Source: a virus
Lineage: Duplodnaviria; Caudoviricetes
DNA: 64,000 bases
Virus record (IMG/VR): IMGVR_UViG_3300049043_000067
Span: 269 to 64,268 of that record
Reading direction: 5' to 3' (one strand)
The position numbers were made by a program, and so were the translations under genes. Positions 19,072 to 31,604 of this stretch are shown here, in pieces (the stretch's first letter is position 1; each line of letters starts with the position of its first letter). Below the pieces are notes generated by a model. It saw nothing but the letters and a program-made list of their open reading frames with translations. It searched no databases and was not told the origin of the DNA.

Positions 19072-19326
19072 ATGGCAAAGACACCAGCGTGGACCCGTAA
19101 AGAGGGTAAGGCCGAGTCGGGTGGCCTGAACGCAAAGGGCAGGGCCTCTTACAACAGGGCCAACCCGGACAAGCCCGGCCTCAAGGCTCCGCAGCCAGAA
19201 GGCGGGGCAAGGAGAGACAGCTTCTGTGCCAGAATGACCGGTATGAAAAAGAAGCTGACATCGGAAAAAACCGCCAACGACCCGAACAGCCGGATCAATA
19301 AATCGCTCCGCGCGTGGAAATGCTAG
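19072..19326 (+). CDS. conserved small basic phage protein (DUF6321-like)
   Basis: AWTRKEGK...GGLNAKGRASY...RRDSFCARM...SRINKSLRAWKC. Confidence 0.75.
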   Translation: MAKTPAWTRKEGKAESGGLNAKGRASYNRANPDKPGLKAPQPEGGARRDSFCARMTGMKKKLTSEKTANDPNSRINKSLRAWKC

Positions 19327-19341
19327 CAACAGGAGTATGTC

Positions 19342-19587
19342 ATGAATTACGTAAAGATCGGCCTTGATCTACTGATCAGCGCCCTGAACTATTTCCCCGG
19401 CTGGAAGACGAAGGCCGGTGCGGCACTGCAGCTTCTCGGCACGCTGCTGATTTTCTTCAACTCGTATCTCGCTGGCGTTTCCGGGTTTGAGATCCCGCAT
19501 GACATCGTGATTGCGATCAACGCGGCAGCGGCCACGCTGGTTGCTGTTGGTGCGGCTAACCAGCCGTCGAACGTAAGCAAGCCGTAG
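19342..19587 (+). CDS. holin-like membrane protein
   Basis: 81 aa; GWKT followed by two hydrophobic helices; precedes the spanin pair. Confidence 0.55.
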   Translation: MNYVKIGLDLLISALNYFPGWKTKAGAALQLLGTLLIFFNSYLAGVSGFEIPHDIVIAINAAAATLVAVGAANQPSNVSKP

Positions 19588-19979
19588 TGTTTTACTCCCT
19601 CGGTGGGGTCAGGGCTGTCGGGCTCCTGATCCTCATCCTTGCTCTGGGGGCATCCGCGTGGTGGGTGAAGAGCAGGATCGACCGCTCGTATGACGCTGAT
19701 CGTCTGCAGCGCGATCTTCTGGTAGCGAAGTCCGACATGATGAGGCTGAGTGTCAGCCTGAAAATCGCCGAGAGGCAAAAGCTGGAGATTGCCAGCGCCC
19801 TTGTCGATGCGCAGGAAAAACTCGACCAGAGGATCGGGAAGGCCGTCGAGCGTGTCAAAGTCGTTGTCAGGGATAACCCTGCTTGCAGGCTTAGCCGTGA
19901 TGCTATCAGCTTGCTCAACGACGCCAGAGCCCCGGCTGAGTTGCCTCCCGCCTCCGTCAACTCTTCTCCTTCCCCCTAG
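19587..19979 (+). CDS. i-spanin (Rz-like)
   Basis: N-terminal TM helix, coiled coil, C-terminal C.LS.DA..LLN.AR. Confidence 0.7.
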   Translation: MFYSLGGVRAVGLLILILALGASAWWVKSRIDRSYDADRLQRDLLVAKSDMMRLSVSLKIAERQKLEIASALVDAQEKLDQRIGKAVERVKVVVRDNPACRLSRDAISLLNDARAPAELPPASVNSSPSP

Positions 19980-20184
19980 ACAACTCAAACCTATCCAGAA
20001 GCCAGAGCTTCAGCAGTCAGAAGCAATCGAGCAATGGATGGAAGACGTAAAAATTTTCCAGTACAATGCGCTGGATCACTCAGCCTTGCAGCGATGGGGT
20101 GCCATCAACTGCGGCTGGCCATTACCGGGTGAACCGCCCTCTTCGACAGTCCCGGCTGACAATGCAGAGACGAAGAAGGCATAA
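19789..20184 (+). CDS. o-spanin (Rz1-like lipoprotein), overlapping the i-spanin
   Basis: Lipobox LSAC followed by a Pro-rich segment in the +1 frame; true start probably downstream of 19789. Confidence 0.7.
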   Translation: MPAPLSMRRKNSTRGSGRPSSVSKSLSGITLLAGLAVMLSACSTTPEPRLSCLPPPSTLLLPPRQLKPIQKPELQQSEAIEQWMEDVKIFQYNALDHSALQRWGAINCGWPLPGEPPSSTVPADNAETKKA

Positions 20185-20201
20185 TCTGCAAGGAGCAAAC
20201 A

Positions 20202-20648
20202 ATGTCATTTTCTACCTTTTCAGGCCCGCTTCGAGTTGGCACCGTCAAGGACGGCGCGGCAAAGAACTGCGGTCTCGTCACGCTGAGTCAGGTCAAGCTC
20301 GTTAATTTCAACGATGCCGATAACTCGGTAGCGTGTATTGTCCCCGCCGGTGCGCTGATCATGCGCGCGACCTTCGTCACGACGACGACGTTTACGGCCG
20401 CCACCACCGTCACACTGAGCATCGGTGGAACAGCAGTCAGCTCGGCGGTTACGATCACGACTGGTGGCAGCTACGCAATTGCGACAACTCAGTCGCAGGC
20501 GGTTGGTCAGTTGCAGAATGTCGGAACGGCTGATGCTTCTGTTACCTACACGGTGGCCGAAGGTGCCTCAACCGCCGGTCAGGGTTATCTGGTTATTGAG
20601 TACATCCAGCGCGCTGATGATCGCTCTGTAAACCCCGCCAATTCCTAA
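20202..20648 (+). CDS. virion structural protein
   Basis: MSFSTFSGPLRVGT start; Thr/Ala-rich beta composition; strong RBS. Confidence 0.65.
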   Translation: MSFSTFSGPLRVGTVKDGAAKNCGLVTLSQVKLVNFNDADNSVACIVPAGALIMRATFVTTTTFTAATTVTLSIGGTAVSSAVTITTGGSYAIATTQSQAVGQLQNVGTADASVTYTVAEGASTAGQGYLVIEYIQRADDRSVNPANS

Positions 20649-20664
20649 GTTTTAGGAGAGCAGC

Positions 20665-23346
20665 ATGAGCAGCTTTGCGCCACTCACTGACACGACTACT
20701 GGTCGCGTCTCGCACTGGAATGCGACAGGCGCGGCTGCGCATGTTGTTTCTGCGAACGTCACGACAAAGTTCCGGGAAGCGTTTGAGACATACACTCCCG
20801 GGGCAAACTGGACCGAATCGAAGGCTAGCGGCGATCTCGTATTTGTTGACGGGAACGCCGCAGCAGCCTCTTATCTGGTCATTTCTCTGAGCCCGACTCG
20901 CATCCGGGACAGAGACATCTGTAACCAGCCTCAATACATTCGACCTGCCAATTGAAATGGCATTTGGAGCTTCTATGTCCCAGCGCACGCTGGGGCAGGA
21001 GTTTTCCGTTGAGCTTATTGATACCGGGGCGGCACTGGCAGACATCCCGGATCTGGCGAGATATCGTCCATCACCCAGACCACCACCACCCTGACAATCG
21101 ACACCGTGCTTCCTCACGGGCTGAGTGTGGTAAGAGCTTCGGCGTGTTTGGGTGCTCCAACACGCTCGTAAACTACCCGTCTCTGGTCGTGGCGTCTGTT
21201 CCCGGCCCGAACCAGATTACCGCAACTGCAGGCCCGGGCGGCACCATCCCATCCCAGACCGTAACAAACCCGGCAGGCGCAAAGGGGTCTATCTATTTTC
21301 GAGAGAGGTTTGGTCGCGCCCGCAATGGTGTCAGCCAGATCTTTGAGAGCGCGACCGTTACCAACTCAAGCCTATATGTCCGGTCTGAGTCTGGAAGACG
21401 CACTTCCCAGTGGCACAGTAGCTGGCAACCACGCAGTATCTGTAGGCACGACGGCACCAATCCAGCTCGTCAACGCGCCATACCAGTATGCGTTCTCACC
21501 AACCACAGAGTTCAGAATCACGGCGCAGTCTGACCGCGTCCAGTGGTTTGAGCTCCGCTGTTGACGTTATCACCGCCACGACAAACAGGCTCCTGCGAAC
21601 ACAGGTTTGCCCCGATCCTTCGGAGAAAGTACAAGCTCCGCATCAGGGCAAACAACAACAAGGGCCTTACTGTCCCGGCTGCCCAGATCGTGTCGGCAGT
21701 AAAGACCGGCACCACCACCGGCAACAATCACCACAGATCGTCCCCACGGCCTCGCGGCTGCTGATCTGGTTGTGATCTACGGCATCAGGGATCAGGCTGC
21801 AGCCTCATTCCCAAACCTTACCAACAGCTGCAGCCGTGGCTTCTGTTGTCGATGCAACCACATTCACGATTGTCATCGGAACGGCAAGCACGGTCACCAG
21901 CTACGGTGGGTATGTTGCGAGGGTCAACGGCGGCAACCTGATGTCGGCTCTGGGAGCCGTCACGATGGCCGCTCAGACGGTGTCTCTGCAGACCCTAGCG
22001 GACGGCACCAGACAGCTTATGGTTGTTGGGGTCAGCATCGTGGGCTGGTCTGTCGGTTGGCGATCTTGTCGAGGTTGTCGGTCTTCGGGACAACACATCA
22101 GGCGCAACCCTCAATCTGGATGGCGCGTGGAAGGTTGCTGCGGCATCTGCCCGCAAACCTGACGCTTGTTCTGCCATTCTCTGGCCAGCGCACGCTCACG
22201 CCGTCAAATACCACCCAGACATCTATTGATGCGGCTAGCAACGGCCTTGCGCTCCCTCAGGGCACAATCACCGTCCTGAGCACCACTGGGTATCCGGCAT
22301 CCGGAACATTCTGGGTGCAGACTACAAACGGCCCTCAGCTCATTACCTACACCGGAACAACTGGAACCACCTTCACTGGATGTACTGGTGGCACCGGAAC
22401 TCTTCTGACTGGTCAGTCCGTGATATGGCGTTATTGCCTGTGGTGGCGGCGTAATTAAGCGCACCGACTTCAGGCTCAGCTTTGTCCGGGTCTTTGACTT
22501 TGAGCGTGAGCGGGTCGAGTTAGCCCGAGGCCAACCGGCGATATCGCCGGATGCGTTCCCGGTCAGCGTCAATAACTCTCCAACCGTCGGTATCGCTGCA
22601 GGCCAGACCTTAGGCACGGTGACAACTGTGTCGACTGTGACAACTGTTGGCTCTGTAACAGCATCGAACGGTGGTCTTCCGGTTATCGTTGCCGGACGTT
22701 GCGTCAGCAGCCCTCAACGACGACCACGACCGCCGCGTTTACCCCGACATCCGGGCCTGCATACTCGGTCAACATTGTTGTGGGTGCCGTGACTGGTACC
22801 ACGCCGACGCTGGATGTCAGCATCGAAGAGTCTGATGACTCCGGCACGAACTGGTACAAGGTCTATGACTTTCCCCGCATCACGTCTGGCACTCAGGTGG
22901 TCAGGAGCCCGGTAATCGCCCTGACTGGTAACCGCGTCAGATATGTTCAGACTGTCAGCGGAACGACCCCCAGCTTCACGCGAGCCATTAACCGCCTGCA
23001 GTCATCGTTTAACGGCGATCCTATCAGGCAGCTCGTGGATAGGTCGATTGCCGTCAACACGCTCAACTCTACCACACCAAACCTTCAGTGCGGCGCGGTC
23101 GGAAACAGGCACCAGCTTGTTGTGTCTATGGGCGCAATCACCACAACCGCACCAGTCATCCAGCTTGAAGGCTCTGATGATCTGGGTGTGTCGTGGTACT
23201 CGATTGGCGCAGCCCTCACGGCTGTCGCAAGCTCGACTGTGCAACTGACGAACGCCAATATCAATGCGGCGCTCATCAGGGCCAGAGTTTCCACGGCGGG
23301 TTCAGGAGCCACGCTGAACTACATCGCAATCAAGTCACACGATTAG
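20665..23346 (+). CDS. large Thr/Gly/Val-rich virion protein (many frameshifts)
   Basis: Continuous coding-like fragments (20665, 20952, 21310, 21836, 22023, 22699) with no intergenic signals between them. Confidence 0.55.
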
Positions 23347-23354
23347 GTCAAAAA

Positions 23355-23516
23355 ATGACAATAGAAGAATTGATCCTGATCCTCAGGAACCGCTTGTCAA
23401 CAAACTCCCAGCAGCGAGCAATTGCGGTTGAGCGCGGAGATCTGTCGGCAATCGAGTTACTTGATGCAGACACGGCATCAACGACGGTAACGTTAACCGC
23501 ACTGCTAGACATCTAA
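23355..23516 (+). CDS. small hypothetical protein
   Basis: MTIEELILILRNRL..., 53 aa. Confidence 0.5.
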   Translation: MTIEELILILRNRLSTNSQQRAIAVERGDLSAIELLDADTASTTVTLTALLDI

Positions 23517-23587
23517 CGACAGCCCGGCCAGATTGCGACGGCCTGTTCTGCATGCTACAAGGCAGCTCCCACATCAGGAGGTGCCTT

Positions 23588-24330
23588 GTGTCTGAAGAAC
23601 TTTGCCCACTTCGCGGGCAGCATATTGTCGTGGCAGTCCCGAGCTACGACGGGAAGATCCCGATTGAGGTGGTTAACTCCCTGTTCGGGCTCCAGCAGCT
23701 CATCCACCTCAATCAGGGGCGGATGTCCTTCATCTACCAGCGGGGGATGGCACTGGTTCAGTCGGCGCGCAATGCCCTTCTGGCCGAGATCATGAAGTAC
23801 CCGGACGTGACCGGGGTGCTGCATCTGGACGCTGACATCGAGTTCGACCCGATGGACGCGCTCAGTCTGATCGCCTATGCCGACGATAAGTACGACGTGA
23901 TGGCCGGGCTCTACCGGGCGAAGACCGACAAGAGCTTCTGGTATTACGTTACCTACGAGGGTCCGAATGACCCCGTTCTGGACGGTGAGGTGCTGCCCTG
24001 CAAGCGGGTGCCGCTGGGATTTGCCTATGTAAAGCGCAAGGTTCTGGACGCCCGTGGGAAAATGCGGCGGATAAGCCGTTCGTTATCGGCACGAATGATG
24101 CCCGCCTCGTGTTTGACACGCCCTACAAGGACGGCGACTTCGTCGGCGAAGACTATGATTTCTGCGACAAGGTCCGCGCGGCAGGGTTCAGGATCGGCGC
24201 ACTGCCTAGGATCGAACTCGGCCACATCGGGCACAAATCCTATCGCGGGTCCTTCTGGAAGGCCATCGAGGCGTCCCGCAAGGGCGAGCTTGAGGTCATC
24301 GACGGGAGAACAGAGGGTCTCACGCTATGA
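23588..24330 (+). CDS. GT-A-fold glycosyltransferase-like protein (frameshifted)
   Basis: VAVPSY, ARNAL, LHLDADI (DxD), GFAYVKRKV, GEDYDFC, LGHIG. Confidence 0.8.
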
Positions 24331-24869
24331 GCCTTGAAGTTCTTGTTATTGGTTCGCGGAAACAAGAAGACCTCCGGCTGCTCCCGAAGGGGACCGAGAA
24401 CGTGCCCCGCAATCAGTTCAGGCTGGACGTGAGATCCGGCCTGCAAGCCTGACCTGCTGGCAGACCTTAACGACGGCCTGCCGCCGGATTGGGGTGGACA
24501 AATTTGACGAGATCCACGCTTACGAAGTTCTGGAGCACGTAGGGCGTCAGGGCGACTGGCGTGGGTTCTTCGAGGAGTTTGAGGGGTACTGGCGAGCACT
24601 CAAGCCAAACGGCTTCCTGATCGCCTCTGTGCCCCGCTACGACAGCATCTGGGCGTGGTCGGATCCGGGACACACCCGGGTCATCTCGCCCGGACATCGT
24701 TAGTCCTGAGCCAGTCCGTTTACGAGCGGGACATAGGCAAGAGCTACGATGACCGATTACCGCTCGGTGTACCGGGGTGATTTTCGAGGTCTTCCATCTG
24801 CAGGCCGAGGGTGACTCATTTCTGTTCGCTCTCAGGGCCATAAAGGATAAATTCAATGCCGGTGTCTAA
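24327..24869 (+). CDS. class I SAM-dependent methyltransferase-like protein (frameshifted)
   Basis: DLNDGLP...FDEIHAYEVLEH...WRALKPNG...VP...AWSDPGH. Confidence 0.75.
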
Positions 24870-25161
24870 GGGGCCCAAAGGGGTCGCGCAGGAGATGCGC
24901 AAGTTCAAGGAAGGCAAGTTCGCACAGCGGGCTCGAAGAAGGGCCCGGTTGTAACTGACAAGAAGCAGGCGATTGCTATCGCCCTCAATCAAGCGGGAAT
25001 GAGCGACATGAAGAAGAAAGCCCCTGAGAAGAAGATGGCCAAAGGCGGGATGGTCAAGATCCGCGTGCGGCGCGAAGGCCTACGCCAAAGGCGGTATGGT
25101 CAAGGGCACCTGCAAGGGGATGGGCGCGGCCACCCGCGGCGGCAAGTTCAAGGCCTGCTAA
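24856..25161 (+). CDS. small basic protein(s), DUF6496-like (frameshifted)
   Basis: EMRKFKEGK...GPVVTDKKQAIAIAL..AG followed by MAKGGMV/YAKGGMV repeats. Confidence 0.55.
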
Positions 25162-25855
25162 GTGGCGACCTCCGGCACCACGGCATTCAATCCCAGCCTG
25201 AACGAGATCATTGAGGAGGCGTTTGAACGCGCCGGTACTCAGATCCGTTCGGGCAACGACTTGCCGGTCTGCGCGGCGCTCACTCAATATCCTCGTGTCC
25301 GAGTGGGCAAACCACGGGCTCAACCTTCTGGACCTTGCAGGAAGCCAGTTTAACTGCTGAGGGTCCAGCCTCTTATTCTGCCGGGCGATTGCCGCTTTGA
25401 TATCGTCGATCACTCGATCCGCATTGGCTCTGGCCCACAGCCGGACGGACTCCGCCAGTCAGCGGATCGGTGTTGGGCGCGTGGGCGAACCTGTCGGCCA
25501 GAGGCCAGACGGGCAGGCCGCTGCAGATCTTTGTCGAGCGCAAGGTCCCGGCGAATATCAGGGTATGGCCGACGCCTGACGTCAGCTACACGCTGATCTA
25601 CTGAGTATCTGCGACGCATTCAGGACGCAGGAGCCTCCGGCACGCTGACGATGGACATCCCGGCACCGGTTCGTCCCGTGGTCGCCGGTAACTGGCGTAC
25701 CAGATCGCGATGAAGAAGTCGGCGACAACAGCCTGAGCTTATGAGCCGGGTCGCGTTCCTGAAGAGTTATTACGAAGAGCAGTTCCGACTTGCCCGCAGG
25801 CGAGCGAGCCGACCGGTCCAGCCTCGTTGCGGTAGCCCCGTATCAGGAGGGCTGA
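25162..25855 (+). CDS. putative head-tail adaptor (heavily frameshifted)
   Basis: MATSGTTAFN..LNEIIEEAFERAG...EWAN.GLNLWT...VWPTPD...RRIQDAG fragments. Confidence 0.6.
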
Positions 25856-25856
25856 C

Positions 25857-26189
25857 ATGTCGGCATCCGGCAAGCGTGCGTTAGGGATATGCGACCGGTG
25901 CGGACGGTCTTACGGATTGCACGAACTGAAGCGTGAAACCCAGAATCCCGCGACCATCAATAACCGTGTTTGCCCGGATTGTTCTGATCCGGACCAGCCG
26001 CAGTACCGGGTGTCTAAGCTCTGGTTCTGGGACGAGATCAGCGTGCCCGACGCAGCTTCCGGCCTCAAGACGGCCTCGATCAGGGCTTCAACTGGCGCGA
26101 TCTGTGTTGGTAACATGACCGGGGTCCCGAGCGGCGTCCTGGGTGACCGGGGCAGGCTCGTCTCGACCGTAACCGTGGTGATTTCATGA
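25857..26189 (+). CDS. conserved Cys-containing virion-module protein
   Basis: ASGKRALGICDRCG...VCPDC.DPDQPQ. Confidence 0.65.
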   Translation: MSASGKRALGICDRCGRSYGLHELKRETQNPATINNRVCPDCSDPDQPQYRVSKLWFWDEISVPDAASGLKTASIRASTGAICVGNMTGVPSGVLGDRGRLVSTVTVVIS

Positions 26190-26833
26190 ATTTCCGCAAC
26201 ACTCGTCGATCAGATCCAGAACTATCTGGTTGGAGAACTCGCGAGGCGACGTTTGGCGCTGCCGTCCGGATATGTGTGCCAGAACGCCGAGTGGCGGATC
26301 CCCCATCACGACCTGCAGCTTCCTGCTTCCCGCCGGAAGCAAGACAACGACCACAACGACAAACAACCGCTATCTGGGTGCGCCGCCTGATTACATCTCG
26401 GCCTTCGAGGCCAGCGTAATCTCTGGGGCACGACCTACAACCCGCTGGTGTTTGTGGATGCCAGCTATATCCGCGAGGCCTATCCCGGACGCGTCAGCCA
26501 CCGGCATCCCGCAGCATTACGCGGTGTGAAAACGACGACGTTCTTGCTGGGCCCGACGCCGGATGCAAACTACTCCGTCGAGCATTCACTACTTCAGCCT
26601 GCCCCGAGAGTATCGTGACGGCCAGCACGACGTGGATCGGCAACAACGCCGCGCGCGCTGCTGTATGCCTGCCTTGTCGAAGGCTACGTGTCAACAAGGG
26701 CGAAGCCGACATGCTCAAGGTCTACGAGACCCGCTATCAGGAAAACATCGAACTCCTGAAGGTGACGTCTGCTGGTCGCTCGCGCGGTGACGCATACCGC
26801 GACGGTCAGTTCAAAGTACCGGTGCAGAAATAA
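26186..26833 (+). CDS. putative tail adaptor/tubular protein (frameshifted)
   Basis: Fragments SYIREAYP...GIPQHYA...LLGPTPD...KGEADML..YE.RY...DAYRDG. Confidence 0.55.
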
Positions 26834-27118
26834 TGGACGTCGCTGGCATCATCGGCGTCGGTAACGTAAGTGTTACCATAACGAATTACCGCGGGCGTGT
26901 CGCCGGAGGAACTCGCAGACGCCGCGATGAAGGACATCCTCGACGTGCGCGGCAACCGCGCCAGAGATTATCCGGCAACAGCTTGTCGCCTTTCAGCACA
27001 GGCTGCACGAGGTTCTGGTGGGATATTTCCGAGCTCAGGCGGAAGAGCGAAACAATATTACGGCGCGCTGGTCAAGCACGGGGCGGCTGACATCGCCAAA
27101 GTCATAAAGGAAATGTGA
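26833..27118 (+). CDS. hypothetical virion-module protein (frameshifted)
   Basis: VGNVSVTITNYRG then SPEELADAAM..I fragments. Confidence 0.45.
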
Positions 27119-27572
27119 TGGCCACTCAGGCAATGTGCACGAGCTACAAGGCTGAGCTGATGCAGGCCTTGCATAACCACACGCAGACGTCCGGGCACGT
27201 GTTCAAGTGCGCGATGTATACGTCGTCATCGACGATGAGCAAGGCGACCACCGTCTACTCAAACACCAACGAAATCACGAACACCGCGGTCAGCGCCGCT
27301 GGCGGGTTGCGTGGACGGCGGCGCAAAACATCACGCCGATTGCCGGAACAGGACGCGTCGTATACAAGCTGGTCTGTTAACCCGTCGTGGTCGTCGGCAA
27401 CATTCACCGCAAATTCCTGCCTGATCTACAACTCGTCGTCGGGCAATAGGGCCGTGTGCGTCCTGACGTTTGGCGGCAACCAGCAGGTCACCGCCGGTAC
27501 GTTCACGATCCAGTTGCCAACCAATGGCGAGGGCTGCGTCGATCCTGCGCATTACCGCCTCAGGAGGCTGCC
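27115..27572 (+). CDS. tail structural protein, paralog 1
   Basis: TQAMCTSYKAELMQALHN...FKCAMYT...LIYNSS...AVCVL.FG......GTFTIQ.P; 3' end uncertain. Confidence 0.65.
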
Positions 27573-27992
27573 GTGGCGATTACGCAAGCGGTCTGCAACA
27601 GCTTCCGGGTGGAGCTGATGCAGGGGTTCCACCTATTCAACTCCGGCGGCAGCGCATTCAAGATGGCGCTGTGTCGTCATCGGCGAATATCGGGTCAGCG
27701 ACAACCACCTACACATCTGCGGGTGAGGTGTCTGGCCCGGGGTACAACGCTGGAGGAAACGTGCTGCCAGGACAGAACACGTTCCTGTCAGGCGGCACGG
27801 CCTACGTTGACTTCAACGACATATTCTGGTCATCGCCGTCACGGCGCGCGGGGCTTGATTCTACAACAGCACAAACGGAAACCGTGCGGTGTGTGTCTGG
27901 ACTTTGGCGCAGACCGCGTCACGTCGAACAGTACATTCACCGTCAGGTTCCCGACGCCGTCAGTAACGGAAGCCATCATCAGAATTACCTAG
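27573..27992 (+). CDS. tail structural protein, paralog 2 (frameshifted)
   Basis: AITQAVCNSFRVELMQG.H.F...FKMAL...LDFGAD...TFTVRFP. Confidence 0.65.
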   Translation: MAITQAVCNSFRVELMQGFHLFNSGGSAFKMALCRHRRISGQRQPPTHLRVRCLARGTTLEETCCQDRTRSCQAARPTLTSTTYSGHRRHGARGLILQQHKRKPCGVCLDFGADRVTSNSTFTVRFPTPSVTEAIIRIT

Positions 27993-28003
27993 CGGATCGG
28001 TAA

Positions 28004-30991
28004 ATGCCCAGATTCTTGATCGCATCAAGGACACGTGGACCGCCGGATCGCCAACGACGCTGTCTGCGCTCCGCCACATTCGCAGTGAGCGGCACCGCGC
28101 CAACCGGTTACCAGACATTCAGCGCCCGGTATGTATCGACGCCGACGCCTGACGCAAACATCCCGTTCCATCATCAGCCAGACCACCGGCAACTGGCGGA
28201 TCTGCTGGTGTACCTACACGTCCGCCAACACCCTGCGCGTAACACGATCATCTTCTCCAGCAACGGAGACGCTGCCGTTACGTTCCCGGCTGGCACCAGC
28301 GATGTTGTGACCGCGTCCTCTAGGCATACCGGGCATCCGGAAGCCAACACCTTCACTGCGAACAACACGTTCCCAAATACCGGCCTCCGCATACTCGATA
28401 CAAATGCATCCCACGCCCTGACCATCACGACAAACTCGAATATCACGGCAGACCGGACGCTCACCGTGACGACTGGTGACGCATCGAGAACGCTGGATAT
28501 ATCTGCCAGCAAACGTCACCGTCTCGTCGTTTCGGTACTCTTGTTGACGACGCCGACGCCAGCACCGCGCGCAGCACGCTGGGCTTAGGCGCCGCATCAA
28601 CAGTAAACACTGGCACCAGTGAGACTACAATCCGCTTCTGAATGGGACCAATACGTGGTCGGCAAATAACGCGTTCTCTGGCACGGTTGGGATTCGAAGC
28701 AGCAGCGGCTACCGCATCCATTACCGTCAAGGGAACAGCCAGCAACCTTAATGCTGTAGATGTTCTGGCTCAGGACAGTGGCCCTCCGGCGATATTTGCC
28801 GATGGGGCTGACAATGGGTGGTTAAGGCTTTGGACCGGTGCCGGTGTGGAGGATATACGGCTCCGCGTCGGCGGTGACTCCTATATCACCAGCAATCTCG
28901 GAGTTGGTGATGCGGCTCCGCAGGCAAGGCTTCACGTCAGGTCCGATGTCCGCCGAGTCCGGCATCTTCGTCCAAAATAATAAGCGCAAGCGGGTACACA
29001 TCCGTCCGCATCGGCAACAGTGGCCGAGGCACCAACAGCAACCACCTGATCTACGGATCAGGATTGCTGGCATCAGGTCGAAAACAACCGCGCCCATCGC
29101 ATTTGAGCCAGCCGGTACGGAAGCGATGCGCATCCTGACCAGCGGCAACGTCGGGATTGGGGTATCAAACCCCTCTGTCACTCTCCACGTTCAGCACAAT
29201 CAGGCTGTTCATTTTGGGTCTCGCGTAAAGAACCTTTCGACTACCCAGTTTGCGGGGTCTGGTGTTGACTGCTCTGGCACGGGCGGCGGCGCTGCATTTT
29301 ATTATTACAACACAAATGTCGGCGGCACTCTGGACGCTGCAGCGATAGCTGAGCTTACTCGTCAGGCGTTTATCAAAGGACGCTCTGCGGATTACGACTT
29401 CAACAGCCAGTACCATCGGTTCGCGACATCCAATGTCGAGCGGATGCGTATTGATAGTACCGGCAACGTCGGCATCGGACTGTCGGCACCCTCAGGGACA
29501 CTGCACACGCTCGGATCGACAGCGTTATTTATGGATCGCGCGGGATCAGCGCACCTACTTGCTGCGAAGCTCAAACGGCACAACGGCATCGCCGACCGCT
29601 CTGGTCAGCGCGAACGTAATTGGTCGCGTGAGTTTTCAGGGTTATGACGGCACGCAGTGGGCAAGCGGCACGCTTACTGGAATTACGGCGACGGCCACGG
29701 AAAACTGGACATCAACAGCGCGCGGTGGGCAGCTTCAGATCCTCACAACGCCAAACACAACGACTGCCGCCGTCGAGCGCATGACGATTAACGCTGGCAA
29801 CGTCGGCATCGGCATCTCTAACCCTGACACACGCCTGACAATATCTGCCGCGACCATTGGTGGGTCCGCAGGAAACACCTCAAGGGCCAGTCGCATCAGC
29901 ACGCTTGATGGGATAAATACGCAGCTTTTTGACGGGACGTTTAGGCGGCACACCGCAGGTCGGACTGGGATGAAACCGTATCGCATCCAGCGGACCATCA
30001 GACGTCACCAGCTCAAGGGTTTATAGACTTTGGTATAGACGGACTGTCTCTTAACTCTGGCCTCGGCTTTAGGGTCTGGCTCGACCACATATGGCCCTCA
30101 CGTCTGCAGGGCTTCTCGGAATCGGCACCACAGCGCCGTCATTTAACATCGACGTGCTGGGAACCAACACGGTTATCAGGTCAAAGGCATCATCGGGGTA
30201 CGCCTCATTCTACGCAGATGCGCGGCGGAGAACCGTCATATTACTTCTTCGGAACCAATAGCGTCGAAACCGCGAGGATTGCCAGCAACTCTACCCGGGT
30301 ATTATTTCATTTCACACTGGGTCTGCAGCCACTGAGCGCGCGCGATCGGATAAACCGGCGGCTTCGTGTAAGCGCAACCGCAGACGGCAGCAGGGGACAC
30401 TCAGAATTGGCCGACAAAATGCGTCTGGAGTGAGGGTGGCCAGCTTGAGTTTTGCCGCTCGTCAGACAATGCCCTTAATATGACTATCGACCTTGTAACA
30501 GTATCAGTGTTAATTCATTGCGATTTATCGACGTGCCGGGCGGCGTTACGATTGCAGCTTACGCGCTCTGGAGACCTGTACTTCCAGAACCACCAGGCCC
30601 GACACAGACCACATCCATCGGGTATATGGGTACTCCGAAACAATGACCGGACTGGTACGACGACCTACACTCTGGCTCTGACTGATGCTGGCAAGACGAT
30701 ATTCAAGAACGACGACAGCGCCCAGACGATAACCATTCCGCCAAACTCGTCGGTCGCCTTCCAATCGGGACAGCAATCATCATTGATAATACAAACGCTG
30801 GTGGCACATCATTCAATACCGCGACTGTTGTCACGATTGCTCAGGGAGCTGGTGTCTCTCTGTACCGAGGAGACGCATCGGCCTCGTGGGCAACGCCGCA
30901 GAACAGAACGATAGCGCGCGGTCATATTTGCACCATACGCAAAGTGCGCACCGACACGTGGGTTGTAACTGGAACGGGGCTGTCAGCATAA
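28004..30991 (+). CDS. long tail fibre protein (many frameshifts)
   Basis: Repeated E.MRI..SGNVGIG...P...LHV units; C-terminal TYTLALTDAGK...TITIP...VAF domain. Confidence 0.75.
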
Positions 30992-31604
30992 TGCCCGGGA
31001 TATTGGCGACCCTCTCCATCTACGATGATTTTGTTTTGTTCGCTCCGGGAACAACAACAATAACAACAATTCCGTCAAACGCTACGGCTGGGTCATTTTC
31101 TTGCAGGCCGCTGGAGGATCCAGCAAGGGGCGAGCGTCCCCAGTCGATGGATCCGCTGGTGGGGGCGGTGGGTTTTCTGCGATCACGCGCACCATCTTGA
31201 GTGGGGAGCGCGGCACAAACCTCACCGTCAGCGTCGGCGTCGGCGTTGCCGGTAGTGACGGCGGAAACACAACGCTGTCTGGAACGCTCAACGGATCCTC
31301 TGTATCAGTCACTGCCAATGGTGGGAAAAAGGGTACGTCTCTGGCGGATGGTGCCGGGGGCACAGCCTTCCGGCGGTGACATCAACCTGTCCGGCGAGGC
31401 AGGGTATGGGTACGTAGCCAGCCCGCCGGGAGAGAGGCTCCGGGTTATCCGGGGCTCGCTGGTGGCGTCTACAATGCGGGCGCGGGGTATCCTGCCGAGG
31501 GCGCACTGGATTATACATTCTTCGGCCCCGGCGGTGGCGGCATTGCTTCCGTCTCAGACGAGCCGGGATTTGATGGGTATATCAGGGTAAGGTGGACGTA
31601 TTAA
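30991..31604 (+). CDS. glycine-rich tail-associated protein (frameshifted)
   Basis: GGGGGFS...LTVSVG.G...DGGNTT...ANGG..G. Confidence 0.55.
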
